Shown here one piece after another: positions 55,812 through 64,000 of a stretch of DNA of 64,000 bases (position 1 is its first letter; each line of letters starts with the position of its first letter). The notes under the pieces were generated by a model. The model did no database searches. It worked only from the letters and a program-made list of their open reading frames with translations, and was not told where the DNA came from. The stretch comes from Phaeosaccion multiseriatum. Lineage: Eukaryota > Protista > Ochrophyta, other classes. Location of the stretch: NCBI GenBank assembly GCA_965112735.1, contig OZ218961.1:372001-436000 (forward strand), in the 5' to 3' direction. The position numbers and the translations under genes were made by a program.

Positions 55812-56407
55812 GAGGAGAACAAGCTCGCACAGATGGAGAGAGAGACATGGCGGGAGGGGTGGAGGGGCAGTTAGCGTACGTTTGGGGAGGCTTCCGGTGA
55901 GCGTGGGTAGGTACAGAGCAGGATGGACGGCTGTGGCTGTCGCGCGTCGAGGCGCTGCTGTGAACGTTTGTTACAAGCGGTCTATCAGCAGAGGGAGGTG
56001 CCCTCGTTATCGTGTCTGTGGCATGTTCGCGGGACACTTTGCGCCCTTCGGCTGGTGGGAGGCTTCAGTGAATACGTATATATGGTTCGACGAGGACTTC
56101 GGCAGCGAGACGTGTCAGACTGAGATTGAGGGAAGTAAGTGGAGGGCATTTTATTGTTTTAGTAACTTACAGGAATCAATCAACCTAATCGGCCACCCTT
56201 ACGTGCTATCTGCTATCTGCTATCTGCTATGGCCGGCGCCAGCCGGCGTGCTACAACTGTATCTGCTATCGAGAATGTGGTCGATAGCAATAACACGTCA
56301 GCGGTCGAACCTAAGAATTATGTGTGTCAGGGGGGGGCTAGTGAAGGGCTGTCAACGGTGGCGAGATTGGAGCGTAGCATGGCACTGATCAGGGAGGATG
56401 TTTTGTT

Positions 56408-57510
56408 GGGCCTTTGTTGCCTCAGGCCCTCGACATCCAGACTCACAGATGGCGGGCCTGGCAGACAAACCCGGAGTACCTGGCCAGAGCCCTCAGCCAC
56501 AGCGTGAAGGGTGCTGGTGCGTGGCTCCACCTTCAGCCGACCAAGACGGCAGGGGGAGCACCACTCCACCTCACAGACGCCGAGCACAAGAGTGCCATTC
56601 GGCGAAGACTTGGCTTTGACCCCACCTACAGCAAGGACTGTCATAAGTGCCCTGGCAAGGCGCTGACGGAGGGGCACATCGTCACCTGTACGAAGACGGG
56701 GCTCAGCACACCCCAACACGACGCTGTGCAGAAGGCACTTGTCGCCCTGCTGAAGAGCGAGGGCCTGGGCAGAGGGATAGTCCAGAACACCGGCTTCCCC
56801 TTCTTCATGCATGAGGGCAAGAACGGTCACCCCGCGACGAGGGAGAGGGGGGAGCAACGCCGTGAGGAGTGACGCCCACGTGGCCAAGCAGATGGAGATG
56901 GACATCGTGACTGCCTCCCCCCAGGATGTTTGAGCTTCCGTCCGATCATGAATATGGCGACGGCCACAAGTCCCTCATGATCGACGTCACGCTCACAGAT
57001 GCCACCAACACCACCAACCGGGCCAAGGCATCGAAGGAGGCACTCGCGGCAGCCAAGAAGGCTGAAGCTACCAAGCGGACCAGGTATGGGGTGCCACAGG
57101 TAGGCATGGAAGGCCAGGGTGGGGACATCCACTATGACCCCACGCGATACCACCTCGTCCCTTTCGCAATAGAACAGCAAGGCGCATTTGGTCCTTCTGC
57201 TCAGATGTTTATGAAAACACTCGCCACCCACATGGCTGGGGGGCACGAACAGGCCGGCACGAACATCTGGACACGAGGGCTTGCTTATGCGAGAGCTGTT
57301 TGCGTCATTCGGCGACGATTAGCCGTAGCGCTCCAGCGGGCCCGACACGAACGATCGGTTCGACACAGGATCCTGGCTGGTATCAACTTTGTTCCAATGG
57401 GGAGAACTGATGAGTCAGAGGGACACGACGACACGACCTCGAGGGCTAAGTTCCCCGGGGCGGTGAGACATTACTTTTAGACAACCATAGATGGCACTTA
57501 AGGGTATGTT
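56408..57510 (+). mobile_element. 5'-truncated, frameshifted non-LTR retrotransposon of the RLE-endonuclease (CRE-like) type
   Basis: ARALS..GAGAWL, CCHC knuckle CHKC..EGHIVTC, QHD, MDIV (shifted frame), IDVT, E..K..RY, LVPFAIEQQGAFG, LAVALQR; no RT domain left. Confidence 0.85.
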
Positions 57511-57839
57511 ACAGCTCATACCTCCACGCGTGAATAAAGTAGGCAGCATAAGGAAGGGGGCGAGGCTGATAGAAAGAAAGGATTCTGCTGGCGCTGGTAA
57601 GTGCCTGCTACCGGAGATAGCCCGCCCCTCTGTTCTTGAGGGGGGAGCACGACGGGGGAAGCGGGGAAGCAGCTGTGGGGAAAAGGAGTGAGAGGAGTTA
57701 CAACAGATGTCTCCCTCTCCCCTCCACCTTTCCTTCCACTCCCCCCTTCTTCAGCAACTTATCTGCTCCGGCCAGCAGGGCTTACTAGAGGTGCTTACTT
57801 CCTCGCATTTATCCCAAGGTCTCCTGTTTCGACGAAACA

Positions 57840-58928
57840 ATGGAGACGAGGCTGCAGCGGAGGAGAACGGCATTGGGGCAAGGGGAGGCGCCACATGACT
57901 CTGCGCAGGGAAGGAGGCTGAGACGCTCTCCAGCAACTGCAGCATGTGGGGGTGCCAGTGCTACGCCCTTAGTGAATGAGCTGCTCTTTGAAGCTTGCCA
58001 TGAGGCCCTGGAGAATCTCGAGCTGCTTCGTGCCATCTTGGAGCGCTTGGGAAAGGGGCACTTCTGCTTCGTGGCTGGTGTGAGCAAGGATTGGAAGGCC
58101 AGCTACACCGCTTTGTATCCAGCAGTGGAGACAGTGTTTTCGTCTGTGGTCAGCTCAGTGGAGTGCGTGAACTGGGCGACAGGTCGGCAGGGGCTCGAGC
58201 TAACTGGGGAGCTCTTCAGGGCCGCTGCCGAGCACGGTGATGTCGAGGTATGCAAGGCCCTCCATGGCAAGGACTGTCCCTGGGATGAGTATGTGTATAT
58301 TGCAACAGTGCGTAACAGAGAGTATGGCCTGAGAGTACTCAAGTGGCTCCGCTTAGAGGACCTTCCCGACAAGGAGCAGTGCCCATGGGACCGTAACGGC
58401 TCCGAAATGTGTGCCGTAGCTGTATTAGAAGGGCGCTTGGAGATGCTCAAGTGGTTGCTGTCGGACGACGGTGGGGTAGACTTTGATGCCGTCTCTTGGA
58501 ACAGTGCATGCATAGGCGGGCACATCCCCGTCGTGGAATGGCTTCTCGAGCATCCTCCCACGAGAGCTGTCCTGGAAGAAAATGAAGACGGCGAGTGGCG
58601 CAAAGGGGCTTTTTATGCAGCTGCAGGGGGCCACCTCGAGGTACTGCAGCTGCTCCACGCCAATGCTCGCCACCTCTGTGATTGGGATTGGTGGGTCTGT
58701 AGTTGTGCAGTCATGAAAGGTAAGAGCCTTGCTGTGCTCAAGTGGCTCAGATCGGAAGAAGTGCAGTGCGAGTGGGACGAAGAGTCGTGCCCACAGGTTA
58801 TCAGGGACAGAGGAGTGTATGAAGAGTTACATGGGGAGGGCGCGGTATGGGACATCGACGCCAAAACCTTTGAGGAGATCAAGCAGTGGGTGCACGCCAA
58901 TGGACACCCCTGCAACTGCGAGGACTGA
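57840..58928 (+). CDS. F-box-like + ankyrin-like repeat protein, copy 3
   Basis: 362-aa paralogous ORF. Confidence 0.82.
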   Translation: METRLQRRRTALGQGEAPHDSAQGRRLRRSPATAACGGASATPLVNELLFEACHEALENLELLRAILERLGKGHFCFVAGVSKDWKASYTALYPAVETVFSSVVSSVECVNWATGRQGLELTGELFRAAAEHGDVEVCKALHGKDCPWDEYVYIATVRNREYGLRVLKWLRLEDLPDKEQCPWDRNGSEMCAVAVLEGRLEMLKWLLSDDGGVDFDAVSWNSACIGGHIPVVEWLLEHPPTRAVLEENEDGEWRKGAFYAAAGGHLEVLQLLHANARHLCDWDWWVCSCAVMKGKSLAVLKWLRSEEVQCEWDEESCPQVIRDRGVYEELHGEGAVWDIDAKTFEEIKQWVHANGHPCNCED

Positions 58929-59881
58929 GAGGAGAACAAGCTCGCACAGATGGAGAGAGAGACGCATAGCGGGAGGGGCAGTTAGCGTTCTTTTGGGCAG
59001 GCTTCCGGTGAGCGTGGGTCAGTACAGAGCAGGATGGACGGCTGTGACTGTCCCACTTCGAGGCGCTGCTGTGAGTGTTTGTTACAAGCGGTCTAGCAGC
59101 AGAGGGGGGTGCCCTCATCATCGTGTCTGTGGCATGTTCGCGGGACACTTTGCGCCCTTCGGCTGGTGGGAGACTTCAGTGAATACGTATATATGGTTCG
59201 ACGAGGACTTCGGCAGCGAGCAGTGTCAGACTGAGATTGAGGGAGAAGTGGAAGGCATTTTATTATTTTGGTAACTTACAGGAATCAATCAACCTAATCG
59301 GCACCTTACGTGCTATCTGCTATCTGCTATCTGTTATCTACTATCGCCGGCGCCAGCCGGCGTGCTACCTGCTATCGAGAATGTGGTCGATACGTCAGGG
59401 GTCGAACCTAAGAATTATGTGTGTCAGTGTGTGTGTGTGTGTTAGTGAAGGGCTGTCAACGGTGGCCAGGGGGGTTGGAGGGAAGGCATCACACGGAGGA
59501 AGCTTGCAGCTTGGAGCGCAGCAGCTATGTTTATGTTTTGTCGTGTTGGGCCTTTGCTGCCTCAGGGCCTCGACATCCAGACTCACAGATGGCTGGCCTG
59601 ACAGACGGAGCTCCTGTACAAGATATACGGGCCGCAAGAAGACCTCCCACGCGTGAATAAAGTAGGCAGCATAAGGAAGGGGGTGAGGCTGATAGAAAGA
59701 AAGGATTCTGCTGGCGCTGGTAAGCGCCTGCTACCGGAGATAGCCCGCCCTTTTGTTTTTGAGGGGGGGAGCAAGACGAGGGAAGCGGGGAAGCAGCTGC
59801 TAAGAGGAGTGGGAGGAGTTACAACAAACATGTGATCATGCTGGCCATCTGGTCTCTCTGCTTCTGCCCCTCCTCCACGCC

Positions 59882-59923
<42 letters not shown>

Positions 59924-60034
59924 CGCTCTCCTTACCCTCCCCCCTTCTTCAGCAACTTGCCTCCTCCGGCCAGCAGGGCTTACTTGAGGTGCTTACTTCC
60001 TCGCATTTAACCCAAGGGCTGTTTCGACGAAACG

Positions 60035-61124
60035 ATGGAGACGAGGCTGCAGCGGAGGAGAACGGCATTGGGGCACGGGGAGGCGCCACATGACTCTACC
60101 CAGGGAAGGAGGCTGAGACGGTCTCCAGTAGCAACAGCATGTGGGGGTGCCAGTGGTACCGCTGCTTCAAGTTCCGGATACAATGGGCTGCTCTTTGAAG
60201 CTTGCCACGAGGCCCTGGAAAATCTCGAGCTGCTTCGTGCCATCTTGGAGCACTTGGGAAAGGGGCACTTCTGCTTCGTGGCTGGTGTGAGCAAGGAGTG
60301 GAAGGCCAGCTACACCGCTTTGTATCCAGCAGTGGAGACAGTGTTTTCGTCTGTGGTCAGCTCAGTGGAGTGCGTGAACTGGGCGACAAGTCGGCAGGGC
60401 CTCAAGCTAACTGAGGAGCTCTTCGAGGCCGCTGCCCGGCACGGAGATGTCGAAGTATGCGAGGCCCTCCATGGCAAGGACTGTCCCTGGAATGAGCATG
60501 TGTGTAATGCAACGGCGTGCAACAACAAGCATGGCCTGAGCATACTGAAGTGGCTGCGCTCAGAGGACCTTCCCGACAAGGAGCAGTGCCCATGGAACGC
60601 TAGCGGCTGGGTCATGTGTGTCGTAGCTCCACGTCAAGGGCGCTTGGAGATGCTCAAGTGGTTGCTGTCGGACGACGGTGGGGCAGACTTTCGTGCCGTC
60701 TCTTGGAACTGTGCATGCAGGGGTGGGCATATTCCTGTCGTGGCATGGCTTCTCGAGCACGAGAGCTGTCCTGGAAGAAAATGAAGACGGCGAGTGGCGC
60801 AAAGGGGCTTTTTATGCAGCTGCAGGGGGCCACCTCGAGGTACTGCAGCTGCTCCACGCCAATGCTCGCCACCTCTGTGATTGGGGTTGGTGGGTCTGTA
60901 GTTGTGCAGTCATGAAAGGTAAGAGCCTTGCTGTGCTCAAGTGGCTCAGATCGGAAGAAGTGCAGTGCGAGTGGGACGAAAGGTCGTGCCCACAGATCAT
61001 CAGGGACAGAGGAGTGTATGAAGAGTATTTCGAGGGCGCGGTATGGGGAATCGACTCCAAAACCTTTGAGGATATCAAGCAATGGGTGCACGCCAATGGG
61101 CACCCCTGCGACTGCGAGGACTGA
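60035..61124 (+). pseudogene. Copy 4 of the ankyrin-like family, frameshifted by an 8-bp deletion near 60757
   Basis: Copy 3 has ctcgag-catcctcc-cacgagag and copy 4 has ctcgag-cacgagag; homology continues in another frame to 61124. Confidence 0.8.
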
Positions 61125-61815
61125 GAGGAGAACAAGCTCGCACAGATGGAGAGAGAGAGACACACAGAAAGAAAGAGAGAGAGAGATAGGGGGGAGGGGG
61201 AGAGAGAAGAGGGGGCAGATGGTACAGAGTGCGACATTGCTTTGGCTGTGCTGAATGCTGTGGGGTGAGCGCCTGCCAGAAAGCGCGGGTCAGTGAACAG
61301 GTGGATGACGGCCGTGGCTGTCTCGCTTGGAGCAAAGGTGTGGAGAAGCTGTCATAGGCGGTCCATCAGCAGAGGGAGGTGAACACATCGTCCTTGTGGG
61401 CACACTCGTGGGACACCTTGCCCTCTCGGCTGGTCGGGGATTCATAGAGGGTAGTATATAGTATTGGACAGCCTGAGGGGGGGGACCGAGTGAGTAAGCA
61501 GTCGAGAGCCGTCAATATTCACCTCGGGCGATGCTGGAGGGAAGGCAGCAGCGGCCACAGGGAGGCCGGCCGGAGCATAGGGTAGCATGGTGAGGGTCAG
61601 GAAGGCGCTCCTACCCAGGGGGATGTTTTGGCCCTGGGTAGAACGACTTCTACCCTTATGTGCTGCCGCACTGTACGCTTTCCCCACTTCTGATGAGGAA
61701 ATCGAAGTGTGCTTTGCATAAAACACACGCACATACGTTAGTCTTAGGTTGATTCCTGTAAGTTAGTCTAAGTTTCCTTATTGTACCAGGAGGAGGAAAG
61801 ATGGTTGAGAGAATA

Positions 61816-62081
61816 CTGTGCTTTCGCGGTTGAGTGAGACTTGAGACTTGAGGCTTTTGTGAACCCAATCTGAGCCTGATTCGACATCGCTTTGAACCAC
61901 TTTAGACCAACTTTGAGAAGGCTGCTCAAGAGTGGTTGGTTCAAAGTTGCCTCAACCGTGACTCAACTGGGCTCAAAGATGGCTCAAACTAGGGCTCAAA
62001 CGAGGGCTCAAAGGTGACTCAAAAGCGGTTCAAACGGCTCTTCATTCGTGCCTCAAGTCTCACTCAACTGCGAAAGCACAG
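61816..62081. mobile_element. 266-bp Tc1/mariner-type MITE with TA target duplication
   Basis: TA-ctgtgctttcgcggttgagtgagacttgag ... ctcaagtctcactcaactgcgaaagcacag-TA (30-bp TIR, 1 mismatch); internal ggctcaaa repeats. Confidence 0.85.
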
Positions 62082-62094
62082 TAAGAGAGATTGG

Positions 62095-62157
62095 TGGGCT
62101 CGGCTTGCATGTGACTGGGCTCGACTTGCATGTGACTGGGCTCGGCTTGCACGTGAC
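62095..62157. repeat. Three copies of a 21-bp tandem repeat, tgggctcggcttgcatgtgac
   Basis: Read directly. Confidence 0.9.
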
Positions 62158-62705
62158 AGTTTCTGCTGCACACTCGCACGAGTGGAATGCTCATACTACA
62201 CACAGTTAAAGAAGTAAGGGCATTTTCACATTAAAAAAAAGCGGAGTCAGGGGGGTCGGACTCAAAGGCATTCCGTGTTTGGTGGACAACAACAACAGCA
62301 ACAAACCAACTAGAGCCTTCTCTTCTCAAAAGAGAGAGAGAGAGAGACACTCACTACTTTTCGTTGCTGCTACCCAATCAAACACGTCGATTGTTGCTCC
62401 TTCCGAGTCGTCATTACCGCCCCACTTTCAACAGCTCTTGTGCCCTTACCCCCTGTCTGCGTATGTGTGTCTCTCTTACTCTCTCTCTCCCTCCTTCTCC
62501 TTCCGTCCCTCCCTCCCTCCCTCCCTCCCTCCCCTCCCTCTCTCCCCACCCTATGCCCTCTCTCTCCGAGAAGAATCAACAAAAAGAGTATGGTGCCTCG
62601 CCGCCCACCCGCCCACCCTCCCGTCCTTCCCTCCCCCCGAGCTCATATGCCTCTAAATGATAGGCTCTTCTGGAGATCTCCGCCGCTATGTGGAGGCCTC
62701 CGCCG

Positions 62706-63708
62706 CTATTTGGAGGCCTCCAGCGCCTCCTTGGCGGCTCGAGCAATGTCCTCCCTCGGAATAGGCGTCCCGGTGACCTCCTTGTAGGCAGTCACCTCCC
62801 CGGCTGTGTTGACAACGAGATACCCGCCCAGGGTTAGTCCGTCCCCCTTCATGTTCCCCTCGATGTTATTGTCCTTCAGGCGTTTGCCGAGGGCGGAGAA
62901 TTCTCGGTAAATCTTGATGGGGTTCCTGTGCACAGGTAGGCAGATAGGTAGGCAGATGGGTAGGTACATGGGTACGTACGTACGTAGGTAAGTCGGTAGG
63001 TGGGTAGGTAAGTAGGTAAGAAGGAGAAGGGAGGGAAGTGGGGTAGGTGGGGAGGTAAGGGGACGTAGGTAGGTAGGAGGAGGGAAGAAAGGAAGGAAGG
63101 TAGGCAAGGCAGTTACCAATAATACCCTGTCTTCCCCTTCTCTTATCCTACTCTACCCTGCCTTACCCTACCCTGCCCTATCCCACCCTACCCCACCCTC
63201 CCTACCCTACCCCCCCGGTGCACCTTACTCACCAGGAGGTGGGCATGAGGGAGAGCTTGTTGTCGCCAAGGGCCTCGTAGAACGACTTGTTTGTGTCTGG
63301 GGGGCAGGGCGGTGGAGGAATATGGGTGGTGTCGGAGGCATGTCGTACGGGTGCGCAGTCACATACTTACAGAGGCTTGTATTGGCACACACACACCCTT
63401 CCTCTGTCCCTCTTCCTCTGTCCGCTTGTATTGGCACACACACACTCTTCCTCTGTCCCTCTTCCTCTGTCCGCTTGTATTGGCACACACACACTCTTCC
63501 TCTGTCCCTCTTTCTCACCCTCTCTCTCCCCGTCTCTACCACCCTCTCTCTTGCCCTCCCTCCCCCCCTCTTACTCTCTCTCTCTCTCTCTGTGTGTGTG
63601 TGTATGCTCTGCATGCCTTTATCAGTGGCGGTTCTTACCGAGGAAGAAGCCGTCATTGTCGGCAAAGTATTTGTTCTCGAACTCCCCGACGCCGAGCTCC
63701 TCGTCGGT
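62706..63708 (-). CDS. Peroxiredoxin-like 2 (AhpC-TSA_2 / FAM213-like) protein; 3' exons only, 5' part beyond the window
   Basis: EELGVGEFENKYF, NKSFYEALG, IEGNMKGDGLTLGGYLVV..YKE. Confidence 0.8.
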
Positions 63709-64000
63709 CTGGTATATAAATAAGATGGAGAGGAGGCATGGTTTTGGAGAGACAGAGGGGGTGGGACAAAATGATATACATAAACTATTCTATTCCCTAT
63801 CTGTATAAACAGATAGAGAGTGGATATATATACAGTGGGTATATAGACAGAGAGTGGATCGTGTGTAAAACAGGATGTGCGAGGCGGGGAGGGGGGTTCT
63901 TGGAGCGGTGATTGCAGAGGGTAAAGTATCATCTGTAGAACAGACCTACATGCACATGTACGCATACACATACACACACGCACATACGCACACACACACG

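Noticed and set aside
52852-61124. Endogenous giant-virus segment
   Set aside because: No NCLDV hallmark genes; the flanks are ordinary spliced host genes and the cluster is a local tandem amplification

Overview
Eukaryotic, intron-rich nuclear DNA, probably from a photosynthetic stramenopile (ochrophyte). This is inferred from a signal-peptide + Phe plastid-targeting motif on the HDAC. Most short ORFs in the track are artefacts of microsatellite-rich introns. Spliced genes, left to right: plastid-type class II HDAC (-, truncated), DUF937-like protein (+), ANTH-domain protein (-), cysteinyl-tRNA synthetase (+), two tandem Spondin_N genes (-) with MITEs upstream, GH1 beta-glucosidase (-), NSF (+), an MLKL-like four-helix-bundle/kinase/27xARM protein (-), a BioD-like P-loop/thioredoxin fusion (+), BRCT-PolX (-), four tandem intronless F-box-like/ankyrin-like genes (+, one frameshifted) with a CRE-type retroelement relic, and a PRXL2-like protein (-, truncated). 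The best candidate for a new system is the MLKL-like kinase-ARM gene. Its near-identical ARM units vary mostly at codon positions 1-2 of a few helix-3 residues, as expected of a diversifying immune or cell-death receptor. A second recurring signal is intron polarity: G-rich motifs near donors and their complements near acceptors, including a perfect 47-bp inverted repeat around a 33-nt GC-donor micro-exon. All gene models and family calls were made by eye, without database searches.
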